Assembly: GCA_043758065.1 (NCBI GenBank)
Contig: JAYVOE010000078.1
Span: 1 to 57,223 of the forward strand
Direction of reading: 5' to 3'
Origin: Spartobacteria bacterium
Lineage (GTDB): Bacteria > Verrucomicrobiota > Verrucomicrobiia > Chthoniobacterales > DASVRZ01
Length of the DNA stretch: 57,223 nucleotides
Shown here piece after piece: positions 8,868 through 18,458 of this stretch. The translations under genes were made by a program, and so were the position numbers. Numbering within the stretch: position 1 is the stretch's first letter; each line of letters begins with the position of its first letter. The notes under the pieces were generated by a model that was given only the letters and a program-made list of their open reading frames with translations, ran no database searches and was not told the DNA's origin.

Positions 8868-10574
8868 ATGTCTCCGACGTCCCCTGCTTCCGACGACCTC
8901 CGCAGCCGACGCCTCATGGTTCGATTGTTAGTAGCGCTGTCCGTGTTAGCACTGATCGGTTTTTTCATCGCAGAACCATTGATCTCGCTCGGCTGGGACA
9001 GTAACACCTGGAGTGGAAGTGATAACATGTTCTATCATTTGTTTGCCACCTACGACCGCTGGCAATTGTTAGGTTTCGTGGTCATGGCCGCGCTCTTCGC
9101 CATCATCCTCCGACAGCCGCCGCAGAATCCAATGCAACTCCGCTCACTTTGCATTTCCGTTCCGTGGCTAGCTCTCGCCGTCCTCATCCTAACTATCGCG
9201 GGAACACATCTCGTCATGATGAATTATCCATTCGCCATGGATGAATTTTTCTCCGACTTCCAGGCAGCAATCTTCGCAAAAGGCCATCTCTGGGCAGCGA
9301 CACCATCTCCACTTTCGCAGGTCGTCCACGCAGCCACGCCATACATGACTAGCTATCAGCCGGAGACACAGTCCTGGACCTCAAACTATCTCCCCGTTTA
9401 CGCCTTGCTTCGCGTGCCTTTCTATCTCGCCAACGCCACTTGGCTGCTAAATCCGCTCCTCGCAGCGGGCAGCATTTTAGCTATTGCCGCAGTCGCTAAA
9501 AAACTCTGGCCAGAGTCCACTGGAACTCCGTTCGTTTCCGCTTTCCTGCTAGCGACTTCCTCGCAATTTTTGATCAACTCCATGACTGCCTATGCCATGC
9601 CGGCTCATGTTTTTTTCAATCTCCTCTGGCTGCTATGCTATCTAAGAAATGATCGCGCTGGCTTCTGGCTAACACCCTGGATCGGCGTGGCCGCGCTCGG
9701 GTTGCATCAGCCAAATATCCACTTTGTATTCGTCGTTCCATTCATTCTGAGAATGCTTACCAGCCGTCAATGGTCACGAGCGTTTTACTCACTAACGATC
9801 TACGCCGCAGGTTGTCTTTTCTGGCTGCGCTTCATCCAATGGAAAGCCGTCGATACGCATCTAACTCCGCTCACTTCCCAAACGCACGAATTGTGGTTCG
9901 CGCCATTTCTAGCCATCTTCCGATTGCCGAGCCTGGAACATTTATTTGATCACCTCATCGGTCTAACTCAGATCCTCGCGTGGAATTCCTGCTTGCTCGT
10001 ATTGTTAGCGTCTCTCGGCCTTTTTTGCCTGAAAAAATGCCCGCCTACTATCGCAGATCTCGTCTCCGGAATGATCCTCGCGCTCGACTTGTTCCTACTC
10101 TTTCCAGAAAACCAGGGTCACGGCTGGGGCAACCGTTATTTCTACTCATCGATCGCTAGCTTTGTGCTCGTGGCCACCGCTGGCTGGCAACACTTCCATT
10201 CCGATCTAAGTCCAATGCAAATTTCCAAGCTAGTCCGACTTTCACTCGCCGGATTCTGCGTGCAATTCGCCACGCAAGCCATGGAAGCGCGACAGGTCGT
10301 CGAGCCATTTGCGAACGCCAGCCGATACTTACATTCACGACCAATAGAGACGGTAGTCATCGACACCAACCGCATCTGGTATGGACAGGACCTGGTGCGA
10401 AACAATCCGGGTCTCGACCACAAACCCACGGTTCTTTTTCTCCGGCGGCTAGACAAAGATTCCATCCAGTCTCTCGACGCTAGAAACTCCTACGAAGTGT
10501 ATCGTTATCCCGAGTTGAAGGCGTTTGGACTAACACCGCGGATCGTTCCGCTGAAGAAAAAATGGCAGCGATGA
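8868..10574 (+). CDS. large polytopic membrane protein, possibly a GT-C-fold glycosyltransferase or polymerase
   Basis: 568 aa with many hydrophobic spans and an early-loop acidic motif (FAMDEFF). First gene of a plus-strand glycan operon. Function is tentative. Confidence 0.55.
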   Translation: MSPTSPASDDLRSRRLMVRLLVALSVLALIGFFIAEPLISLGWDSNTWSGSDNMFYHLFATYDRWQLLGFVVMAALFAIILRQPPQNPMQLRSLCISVPWLALAVLILTIAGTHLVMMNYPFAMDEFFSDFQAAIFAKGHLWAATPSPLSQVVHAATPYMTSYQPETQSWTSNYLPVYALLRVPFYLANATWLLNPLLAAGSILAIAAVAKKLWPESTGTPFVSAFLLATSSQFLINSMTAYAMPAHVFFNLLWLLCYLRNDRAGFWLTPWIGVAALGLHQPNIHFVFVVPFILRMLTSRQWSRAFYSLTIYAAGCLFWLRFIQWKAVDTHLTPLTSQTHELWFAPFLAIFRLPSLEHLFDHLIGLTQILAWNSCLLVLLASLGLFCLKKCPPTIADLVSGMILALDLFLLFPENQGHGWGNRYFYSSIASFVLVATAGWQHFHSDLSPMQISKLVRLSLAGFCVQFATQAMEARQVVEPFANASRYLHSRPIETVVIDTNRIWYGQDLVRNNPGLDHKPTVLFLRRLDKDSIQSLDARNSYEVYRYPELKAFGLTPRIVPLKKKWQR

Positions 10575-11686
10575 ATCCCGCTCCGCTAAAGCCGCGCACG
10601 ACTTGGGGATATGCGACGACTTCTCATCGGAGTGCGATCGTAATGAAACTGGTGGATGCACTTCCGTCCGTTCGCAAAACACAAACACCACCACTCCTAA
10701 CATCCGATACCGTCATCTCTTCCGTCGCGGGTCTGGGTGATCTCGTGATCCAGATGCCGCTAATCGACGCAATGGTTAGTAGTGCACGAAGAAATGGTGC
10801 CGATCCACTCGTCGCGCTTCGGCCAGCGCATGTAAGCCTCGGTGTAGCCTGCGGCTGGCGGGTGTTAGCTTTTGAAAATCCACTGACGCATTTTTTCGGC
10901 CACGGAATTTCCATACGAGTTGCATGCGATTCACTTGATGCCATTTCCCGGCTTCGCAAACGCCGGGTCCATTCGTGGATCGATCTCACGGGTAACGCGG
11001 TCAACGCCCTGGCTCTGCGTATCGCCGGGGTGCGAGAAGTTTCGTCAATCATCACGCGAGGAGGAAGCAGCTCGATTCACTGCGGAATTCCTCATCGACC
11101 GTTTGAAAATGAATACGAATTCCGTGCGTGGCTGGCTGATTATTTTGGCTGCGCACTCGATTTTTCCGTTTACCAGCGTCTGGCTGTTTCGTCGCCTTCT
11201 GGCCCAATCGTTCTAGCTATCACCACCTACAATCGCTGGAAAAGCTGGCCGCTGACTAACTTCCACAAAATCGCACAAGCCTTTCCGGAAAAGTCTTTCG
11301 TTGCAGTCGGTTCATTGAAGGAAATCCCCGCTCACGATCTCGCTGACTGGGCTCTGTTGCGTTCGTTAACGAATGTTAGCAACCAGCTCGATGCCCTGGA
11401 TCTTCCACAACTCGCCAGCACGATCGCCAGCGCCCGTGCATTCATTGGAAACGACAGCGGCGGCACACATTTCGCCAATGCTTACGAGAAAAAAGGCGCC
11501 GTCATTTTTGGCCCGACCATGTCCGACACCTGGCACAATCCTCGCTCCCGACTGAAGCTTTTCCATGACCAAAGCTGCCCGTATTATCCCTGTAAAGTAT
11601 GGAAGTGCGATCGGCCCGAGCAATGGTGCATGACTTCCACTTCTGCCGAGATAGTCATTCAACATCTGCGAACCATACTTGCCTAA
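10571..11686 (+). CDS. glycosyltransferase family 9 (heptosyltransferase-like)
   Basis: GLGDLVIQMPLI near the N-terminus and FIGNDSGGTHFANA near the C-terminus. ATG at 10571 makes an ATGA overlap with the upstream stop; ATG at 10562 is also possible. Confidence 0.75.
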   Translation: MNPAPLKPRTTWGYATTSHRSAIVMKLVDALPSVRKTQTPPLLTSDTVISSVAGLGDLVIQMPLIDAMVSSARRNGADPLVALRPAHVSLGVACGWRVLAFENPLTHFFGHGISIRVACDSLDAISRLRKRRVHSWIDLTGNAVNALALRIAGVREVSSIITRGGSSSIHCGIPHRPFENEYEFRAWLADYFGCALDFSVYQRLAVSSPSGPIVLAITTYNRWKSWPLTNFHKIAQAFPEKSFVAVGSLKEIPAHDLADWALLRSLTNVSNQLDALDLPQLASTIASARAFIGNDSGGTHFANAYEKKGAVIFGPTMSDTWHNPRSRLKLFHDQSCPYYPCKVWKCDRPEQWCMTSTSAEIVIQHLRTILA

Positions 11687-11687
11687 C

Positions 11688-12458
11688 ATGAAACTAGCAG
11701 TCGCGCTTGCGGACCATTTTCAGCGGAGTTACAAGGCATTCACCGGCTTTAAAGTTTTTGGGTGGAGTTGGACACCACTCTGGTTTTTCTATCTGTTTTC
11801 TCCTCTGCTCTCCCGAATCTTGCGGCCACAAGAATGGTCTTGTAAACTCTGCCGGTTTCGCACCGACCAAGGCGACGCTTACACTTTTGCTAATATTTTA
11901 GAAGACTATCCGGTCGACGATGTTAGCAGCGCTTTGAATGGCGTCGAGAAAGTCATTGATGCCGGAGCTAATGTTGGTGCGTTTTCATTGTTAATACAGA
12001 AGCTCGCCGATGGTCGGCTTTTGGAAATTGTGGCGCTGGAACCGATGGACGATAATGTGGCGCTGCTCAAGCGCCAGCCCTTTGCTAAGTCCATGACTGT
12101 ACTAGCCGCTGCGCTTGGACCGATCGATGGCTACGTGACGATGCAACGGGGATTTAACTCCGTGACTCATCGCGCGGACTTTAAGAATGTCTCTGATGAA
12201 GACCAAGTGCCAATGTTTGGATTGGCTGGCCTTTGCGATCGGCCCACGCTGTTGAAGATGGATATCGAAGGTGGCGAACATGCCGTGCTAGCTGCGGGTC
12301 TGCCGGAAAATGTTACCGCGCTTTTCCTGGAGTGGCATCCCATTGCCGGCGAGGAAACGTCTGATCCGAGAAACTTGATTAAACATGGCCAATGGAAGCT
12401 GGTTTCCAAGGACATTTATGGTTCATCGATGTGGTTTTGGCGGGCGAAGGAAGCGTAA
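11688..12458 (+). CDS. FkbM family methyltransferase
   Basis: VIDAGANVGAFSLLI and LKMDIEGGEHAVL motifs. ATG at 11688 is preferred to TTG at 11679. Confidence 0.8.
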   Translation: MKLAVALADHFQRSYKAFTGFKVFGWSWTPLWFFYLFSPLLSRILRPQEWSCKLCRFRTDQGDAYTFANILEDYPVDDVSSALNGVEKVIDAGANVGAFSLLIQKLADGRLLEIVALEPMDDNVALLKRQPFAKSMTVLAAALGPIDGYVTMQRGFNSVTHRADFKNVSDEDQVPMFGLAGLCDRPTLLKMDIEGGEHAVLAAGLPENVTALFLEWHPIAGEETSDPRNLIKHGQWKLVSKDIYGSSMWFWRAKEA

Positions 12459-13412
12459 GATCGCGTTTTTCAAATTTAAGATGCTACGAATCGAAATCGG
12501 CAAACGGAGACTCCAGAAAACACGCTGCGCCGGACTAAAGCCGTAGTAAAGGTGACGCTCGGACCAATCATCGGCTGCCTTGAAAACACGCTTCTCCTTC
12601 GGATGCTGCAAAGGAAATTTCATCGGAGTTACAGACATATCCGCGCGCCGGTCGTCGGCTTTGGTATGAGTGGCGTTCGCATCGAAGCCGAGATTTTTAA
12701 CGAGGTTGGTCTGCGGAATAATGCAGGCCATTTCCGATTTCCAGCAGGCATATTGCCACGCCACATCCCAAGTGTTCAGACCGCCACTGTTAGCATGGCT
12801 GTCGTCCAGCATGCGTTTCCAATAGTTAAGTTGCGGACCTTTGCCTGTGATGTTTTCCAGCCAGTTATTTTTGCGGAGCGTAGGCCAGTCTGACATCGTT
12901 GGATCCATCCTTTCCCATGCTCTCCGCCACGTTGCCCAACCCCAGATGTGACAGAACCTGGAATAGTAGTAACTGTCGGCAATGTGAAAGTTTCCGTCGA
13001 GAAAATGATCGCCACTAATCATTCCAACATGCGGGTCGTCTTGATAATGCGTGAGTAGCTCCGAACAGAACGGAAAAAAACTAGAATCCGGCACACAATC
13101 ATCTTCCAAAATAATGGCGCGCTCGACTTGGCTGAAAACCCAGGCAAGACCTTCTAGAACGTTTTTTCGGCAGCCTAGATTCGTATCTGAGAAACGAAAT
13201 TTTGCATCGCAGTTCCAGTCGATTCTTTGGCAGATTTCTCGGACTTGCCGGCAAAGAGAAACGTCGTTTGGTCGATCTGAACGCGGACCGTCTGCGATGA
13301 CTAACAAACGTTCTGGCTGAGCTGCGCGAATGCGTTCAAAGACAGCGGCGGTGGTTCCTGGTCGGTTGAAGACTATGAACACAACCGTCTCGTGAAGAGG
13401 CGAAACACTCAC
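12423..13412 (-). CDS. nucleotide-diphospho-sugar transferase (GT-A fold, GT2-like)
   Basis: VVFIVFNRP..LLVIADGPR..ILEDDCVP pattern. GTG start overlaps the flippase stop (GTGA). Confidence 0.6.
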   Translation of the reverse strand: MSVSPLHETVVFIVFNRPGTTAAVFERIRAAQPERLLVIADGPRSDRPNDVSLCRQVREICQRIDWNCDAKFRFSDTNLGCRKNVLEGLAWVFSQVERAIILEDDCVPDSSFFPFCSELLTHYQDDPHVGMISGDHFLDGNFHIADSYYYSRFCHIWGWATWRRAWERMDPTMSDWPTLRKNNWLENITGKGPQLNYWKRMLDDSHANSGGLNTWDVAWQYACWKSEMACIIPQTNLVKNLGFDANATHTKADDRRADMSVTPMKFPLQHPKEKRVFKAADDWSERHLYYGFSPAQRVFWSLRLPISIRSILNLKNAILRFLRPPKPHR

Positions 13413-14767
13413 AAGTTTTCCTTCCTAACTGAAGCGCGGCAGACGGCAAAAAGATCTTTCAAGCCATAGAGAAATATCGACCTGACCTGGATGAGAAATA
13501 TGGGCCGGGTTGATTTGTGAACGGAGTTCAAAAGGAATGCCGAGCAGCCGTAGGAGATTAACGTCGCCCAGGCTGCACCCTTCGCTCCATAGGTTGGAAT
13601 CCAGATGAGGTTGAGCAGGATGTTGATGGCGACTCCCGCGATGGTGCGCCACGTGGCAAGCCATGTTAGTTTTTGAAAAATATCGAAGCCACTTTGTGCG
13701 ATGCCTAGGAAAATGAAGAGGCTCGACCATGCATGAATTTGAAGCAAAGGAGCTGATGCGCGATAAGCTTCACCAAAAAGGAGAACGATCAATTCCGGCG
13801 CGAAATAGGTAAGGAATGAAGCGACGACTAGTGCCATGAGAAACGCAGCCTGCATGGTGACCTGATATTTTTTCCAGAAGGATTCGCTCTCGAACATTTG
13901 CCAGCGACCGATCTCGGGAAAAAGTGCTGCGGCGAGTGCCAGTGGTATGAAAGCCCACATTTCGGAGAGTTGGGCAGCGACTCCGTAGAGTCCGGTTTGG
14001 ATGGGGCCGACCATGCGTCCTAACATGATGACGTCGGCTTTCATGTAGAGGATGATGGCGAGCGATGAGACTAACAATGGAAGTCCCTCGCGCAGCATTT
14101 GGGAGCGGTTCGGTAGCGGAGCTGGTGACGTGTCTCTGGCGGGTTTGTTGCGGAGGAAGATGATGAGCAAACCAACAGCTGCAATGATTGTTTCGACGAT
14201 TTCCAATGAAGCGATAGCGATCAAACTCGGATGAAAATTTAACCAGCAGATTTTCATCACCAGCGCTAGAAGAAGCGGGAGCGCGCGGCCTAGAAAGATG
14301 AGCCACATTTTTCCGGAGGCTTGGAAGTATAAATCGATGACTTCGATTGTCTGCGATAGTAATGAAACTCCCATCACAGCGGAAACTATTAGCATGAGCG
14401 GCTGTCGTGGAAACAACGCGGCGACAGTCAGTAATAGGCAACCATATGCAGCAAGGAATGCGGTAAATTTGACCCCTACTCCCCGCCAAAGGATGGATCT
14501 AGCTTGGTCCGGATTTTCGACTAGGTGTTTCACCAAGATGCGGTCCAATCCCAATGTGGAAAAGACGCCGAACACGCGCACCAATGAAAAAGCGGCGAGA
14601 TAGATTCCTAACTGTTCCGGTGTTAGAGAACGCGCGAGTAACAGCAGCCAAAGACCGGCAACGGCGGTCTTGCAGCCTTGGGTGAGAATCGATGCGACTC
14701 CGTTGGAATGAAGCACTTTTTTTCGGCGCCGTGCTATTTCATCCGAACTGAAGGAAACTTCATTCAT
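13409..14767 (-). CDS. polysaccharide flippase (MOP/Wzx-like)
   Basis: 452 aa, multi-pass, sits inside the glycosyltransferase operon. N-terminus resembles the polysaccharide biosynthesis protein family. Confidence 0.75.
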   Translation of the reverse strand: MNEVSFSSDEIARRRKKVLHSNGVASILTQGCKTAVAGLWLLLLARSLTPEQLGIYLAAFSLVRVFGVFSTLGLDRILVKHLVENPDQARSILWRGVGVKFTAFLAAYGCLLLTVAALFPRQPLMLIVSAVMGVSLLSQTIEVIDLYFQASGKMWLIFLGRALPLLLALVMKICWLNFHPSLIAIASLEIVETIIAAVGLLIIFLRNKPARDTSPAPLPNRSQMLREGLPLLVSSLAIILYMKADVIMLGRMVGPIQTGLYGVAAQLSEMWAFIPLALAAALFPEIGRWQMFESESFWKKYQVTMQAAFLMALVVASFLTYFAPELIVLLFGEAYRASAPLLQIHAWSSLFIFLGIAQSGFDIFQKLTWLATWRTIAGVAINILLNLIWIPTYGAKGAAWATLISYGCSAFLLNSVHKSTRPIFLIQVRSIFLYGLKDLFAVCRASVRKENL

Positions 14768-15509
14768 GGCGGGCCCGAGCGATCACTTCATCGGGCATTT
14801 GCTGCGCTTCCAGAATTTCTGTTCCCGCGAAATCTTTCACGGAATAACTGAGTCGAGTTAGATAGGAATGGCAGAGGTGCTTTTGCTCGTTGCCGTGCAG
14901 CGCGAGGAAGATGATGGGATGTGCGCGTTCGAGATATGCGGTGAGTCCTTCCAAGACCTGGCTTTCACCGCCTTCGACATCGATTTTCAGAAAGTCTGGT
15001 GGTGGGAGATTGCCGTCGTTGATTGCGCTGTCGAGTTGAAGAGTCGGGACGCGGTATTTTCCAACGGAGTTAGAGTTGATTCTGCCTTGGAAATCGCTCG
15101 CGCCGACATCGAAGGACATAAGTCCATTGTTAGCAGCGACGGCGAGTTGCAGGACCTCGATGTTAGTTAGACGATTTAGCGCAATGTGACGGAGGAGTTT
15201 TTCGACGTTTTTTCCGAGTGGTTCGAATGAGAGAACCTTTCCCGTTTCGCCCACCATTCGCGAGAGTCCTAGCGTGTAGAAACCAGCGTTTGCGCCGATG
15301 TCGTAAACGGTCATTCCGGGCCGCACGACTTCCTTGAGAGCGCGCTGTTTTTCGGACTCGTAAAAGCCCATCCATTCGGGTGCGTTGGCGGCACCGCGAA
15401 ACCAGCGCAGGCCTTTGTTCATGCCAGAAAATACGGGCATTGGTGTGCGTGCCGGGATGAGGTGAAACACGCGTCCCGCGAGCCAGAGGAGTCGTTCGCG
15501 GGAGGTCAT
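14760..15509 (-). CDS. FkbM family methyltransferase
   Basis: VYDIGANAGFYTLGL and LKIDVEGGESQVL motifs. Confidence 0.8.
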   Translation of the reverse strand: MTSRERLLWLAGRVFHLIPARTPMPVFSGMNKGLRWFRGAANAPEWMGFYESEKQRALKEVVRPGMTVYDIGANAGFYTLGLSRMVGETGKVLSFEPLGKNVEKLLRHIALNRLTNIEVLQLAVAANNGLMSFDVGASDFQGRINSNSVGKYRVPTLQLDSAINDGNLPPPDFLKIDVEGGESQVLEGLTAYLERAHPIIFLALHGNEQKHLCHSYLTRLSYSVKDFAGTEILEAQQMPDEVIARARHE

Positions 15510-16522
15510 AATGGAACGCCCGCCAGCTCTGGCAGCGGACTTATTTTACTAACTAGATCGCACCAGCAGCTTAGAGAATTTTCCGGCGGTTGGCTGGTGA
15601 TAATTTCCAATTCCTGAGTCATCGCACCAGCGAATCCGGTGGGAACGATTTTTCGTTCGAGTGCGATGCTATTCCAGATTTTTGAGGGAAAGACCGCGTG
15701 CTGAATTTCGGGATGTCCGGCGACGAGATGTGTGTCGCATTCCTGGAGAGTGCGCTGTAACTCGGCTTCATTTTTGAAGGAGCCGCGGTTGGGCAACCAC
15801 TCGGGAAGTTGCGCGACTCCGGGGCCGTCAGCATGGAGTTTTATCTCGTATCCGGCGTCGAGGAGTTCGCGGCATTTCGCAACGAACGACGGAAGATGAT
15901 GCCCATAGCCAAAGTTGCCGGCGTAAAGAGCGGTTTTTGATTTGGGTTCCAATCGATTCTGCGGGAAGTGGATCGTCGGCCAATTACGGATCACTTGGAT
16001 ATTGTTTCCATCGCCATAAATATTGCCAGCCGCTTTTATGACGCGATCCCATTTGGCTAGTTGGCGGCTCCACCAGGTGCGAATCGGGGCTCGGAGAAAC
16101 GCTGGATAATCCCAGACGCCGCGGATGAGTTCGGGGTAATAGTCCTGCAGCCAGTAGATGGAAATGGCGCCGACCTGGCGGATGACTTTGGCGAGCGATA
16201 ACGTGGTCGGCGGCGCGCTGGTGACGATGACGATGTCGTTTTTTTTGACTCGAGTTCCAATGTATTCAGCGAAGGCGTGGTGGACGGAATAGTATTCGCG
16301 GAAGGCGGAAAGATGACGCCCGCGTTTGCCTTGGAAATGCGGGACGATGATGCGCGGAACGGGCGGTTCCGTTCGCTCGGACTTGCGATAACAGCCGGAG
16401 CCGCCAACGAGGCGCACGGTGTGACCTGCGTTTTGCAAGGCGACGGCTAGTTGTTCGGCGTAAACGCCCGTCGGTGCGCCGTCTGGCCAGAGGTATTGAT
16501 TCAGGATGTGGACGACCGGCAT
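15506..16522 (-). CDS. glycosyltransferase (GT-B fold, GT4-like)
   Basis: N-terminus MPVVHILNQYLWPDGAPTGVYAEQLA, 338 aa, operon context. Confidence 0.6.
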   Translation of the reverse strand: MPVVHILNQYLWPDGAPTGVYAEQLAVALQNAGHTVRLVGGSGCYRKSERTEPPVPRIIVPHFQGKRGRHLSAFREYYSVHHAFAEYIGTRVKKNDIVIVTSAPPTTLSLAKVIRQVGAISIYWLQDYYPELIRGVWDYPAFLRAPIRTWWSRQLAKWDRVIKAAGNIYGDGNNIQVIRNWPTIHFPQNRLEPKSKTALYAGNFGYGHHLPSFVAKCRELLDAGYEIKLHADGPGVAQLPEWLPNRGSFKNEAELQRTLQECDTHLVAGHPEIQHAVFPSKIWNSIALERKIVPTGFAGAMTQELEIITSQPPENSLSCWCDLVSKISPLPELAGVPL

Positions 16523-16527
16523 TGCGG

Positions 16528-17496
16528 CTATTCAACTCGCATCCGCACGATCGATCCAGCTTGCTGTGAAATGGTCGGCGCGCCGAATTTTCTGAGCTGA
16601 ATGTGATAGGCCTCGCGGTGATAGCGCAAGTTGGATTCGAGTAACAGTCCAGCGAGGAAAACGACGGTCGAAAGGCTGACGATGCTGGCCGCCAAAATTG
16701 CGAGCGGCAGACGACCGATGAAGCCACTGGTGAGGAATTCGTAGATCGGCAATGAGCCTGCAGCGAAGCCGAGAAAAAGCCCGATCGCAGCGAGTGCGCC
16801 AAAGAAACCGAGCGGACGGTAATCGCGGAACAGCACGAGCAACACGCGGAGAATGCGGAGTCCGTCGCTGACGGTTTTTAGCTTGGAGACAGAACCTTCT
16901 GCTCGGCTGCGAAATGGCACCGGCACTTCAACGGTGGAGAATCCTTTGTCGATCGCCTGAATGGTGAGCTCGATTTCCAACTCAAAGCCGCGAGAAAGAA
17001 CGGGCACGTGTTGATAAAATCGGCGGGAAAACAGTCTCAAGCCTGAGAAAAGATCGTAAGGTTTGTAGCCGAAAACGGTTTTCAGGACGCCAGAAAAGAT
17101 CGACATGCCGAACTGATGCATGGGCCGAAAGACCTCGCCGCCGATCTGTGCGCTGCGAATTCCCGTCACCATATCGATCGGCTGGCGGCAATATTCCTCG
17201 AACAAAATACGCGCTCCATCGGCGGGATAACTTCCGTCGCCATCGACCATCAGAACGAGGTCGGAATCGATCAGCGCGAGGGCTGTTGCCACGGCGGTGG
17301 CCTTGCCGCGACGGCGTTCGGTGATGACTTCCGCTCCCGCTTCGGCGGCGCATTTCGCCGTCGCGTCCTCCGAGCCGTTATCCACAACGAGAATGCGCGC
17401 GGTGGGAAATTCCTGGAGATATTCTGCGACGACCGCGCTGATGCCGAGTTCCTCGTTGAGGCACGGAATCAGGATGGTGAGGGATGGCTGGTTCAT
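16528..17496 (-). CDS. glycosyltransferase family 2 (polyprenyl-phosphate sugar synthase-like, C-terminal TM helices)
   Basis: LTILIPCLNEE, VVDNGSEDAT and DGDGSYP motifs. First gene of a five-gene minus-strand operon. Confidence 0.85.
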   Translation of the reverse strand: MNQPSLTILIPCLNEELGISAVVAEYLQEFPTARILVVDNGSEDATAKCAAEAGAEVITERRRGKATAVATALALIDSDLVLMVDGDGSYPADGARILFEEYCRQPIDMVTGIRSAQIGGEVFRPMHQFGMSIFSGVLKTVFGYKPYDLFSGLRLFSRRFYQHVPVLSRGFELEIELTIQAIDKGFSTVEVPVPFRSRAEGSVSKLKTVSDGLRILRVLLVLFRDYRPLGFFGALAAIGLFLGFAAGSLPIYEFLTSGFIGRLPLAILAASIVSLSTVVFLAGLLLESNLRYHREAYHIQLRKFGAPTISQQAGSIVRMRVE

Positions 17497-17541
17497 GGTG
17501 GTGTCGTTTTAAGGAACATCTTCCGTGCCACGCGTCATTAC

Positions 17542-17565
17542 ATTGTAGCTCGACTGTAAAAAAAA
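17542..17565 (-). repeat. dispersed motif copy upstream of the GT2 operon
   Basis: Motif strand ttttttttacagtcgagctacaat, about 45 nt upstream of ATG 17496. Confidence 0.6.
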
Positions 17566-17590
17566 CTGCCGTCTTGTCGATGCGTGTTAG

Positions 17591-18454
17591 GTGGTTTATG
17601 GCTTCTCTATGTTCACCGAGGAAAATTCCGAGGATTACGTGCCGATCACGGTAATTGGGAAATTCCCCATTTACGCCACGGAGTTGCTTATCATCATCCA
17701 CGTCGCGAGCATGATTTTTTTCGCGCTTTGGGCGGCGATTTCCGGCCAGCCGTTGGGTGGGACGTTTTTGGACTTGATTGCCGCTTACAGTCCGAAGTTC
17801 ATCGTTGAGCAATTCCACATTTGGAGACTCGTCTCTTACTCGATTCAAAATTACCCGTCGATCTGGTTTGCGATCGGAATGCTGATGCTCTGGTGGTTTG
17901 GCCGTGAAGTGGAGAAATTCTACGGGCGACGCAATTTCCTGATCGCTTACGCCGCGTTAGTCCTCATCCCGGCGGTGGTCGGCGTGCTGCCGTTTTTCCG
18001 ATTTTCATTAATCGGACCGCAACAGGCGCACTTTGCGATTTTCATCATGTTCGCTGCAACGTATCCCAGCGTTTTGCTGCTATTTAACATTCAGGCCAAG
18101 TGGCTCGCCTGGGCGTATCTGGCAATTTACACGCTGGTTCATCTAGCCGCGCGAGATCTGAACGGTCTGGCTTTACTCTGGCTGACGGCGTTTCTAGGCT
18201 ACGGAATGACTCGTTATTTAGGTCGCGGCGAATGGCTCCCCGAGCGTGTGAGGGAAATGCTGCCGACATTCGGCAAGCCGAAGTTCACCGTCGTGAAATC
18301 GGAGCCAGTTGACTCCAACTCCGATGATCCTGTTTCCTTGATCGATCCGATCCTGGAAAAGATCGCTCGCAAAGGTCTGTCGAGTTTGTCCGCCAAGGAA
18401 CACGCCGCGTTGCGGGCAGCCAGCGGAGTCTTGCAAAAAAAAGGCGGGAGTTAG
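17591..18454 (+). CDS. rhomboid-like membrane protein, apparently lacking the catalytic serine
   Basis: FHIWRLVSY..WWFGREVEKFYGRRNFLIAY matches rhomboid TM2-TM3. No GxSG is present (LIGPQQAHF at the expected place). Start is GTG at 17591 or ATG at 17609. Confidence 0.6.
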   Translation: MVYGFSMFTEENSEDYVPITVIGKFPIYATELLIIIHVASMIFFALWAAISGQPLGGTFLDLIAAYSPKFIVEQFHIWRLVSYSIQNYPSIWFAIGMLMLWWFGREVEKFYGRRNFLIAYAALVLIPAVVGVLPFFRFSLIGPQQAHFAIFIMFAATYPSVLLLFNIQAKWLAWAYLAIYTLVHLAARDLNGLALLWLTAFLGYGMTRYLGRGEWLPERVREMLPTFGKPKFTVVKSEPVDSNSDDPVSLIDPILEKIARKGLSSLSAKEHAALRAASGVLQKKGGS

Positions 18455-18458
18455 ATCG
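18435..18458 (+). repeat. dispersed motif copy (GGGAGTT variant) spanning a stop and abutting the next ATG
   Basis: aaaaaaaaggcgggagTTAGatcg, then ATG 18459. Confidence 0.45.
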
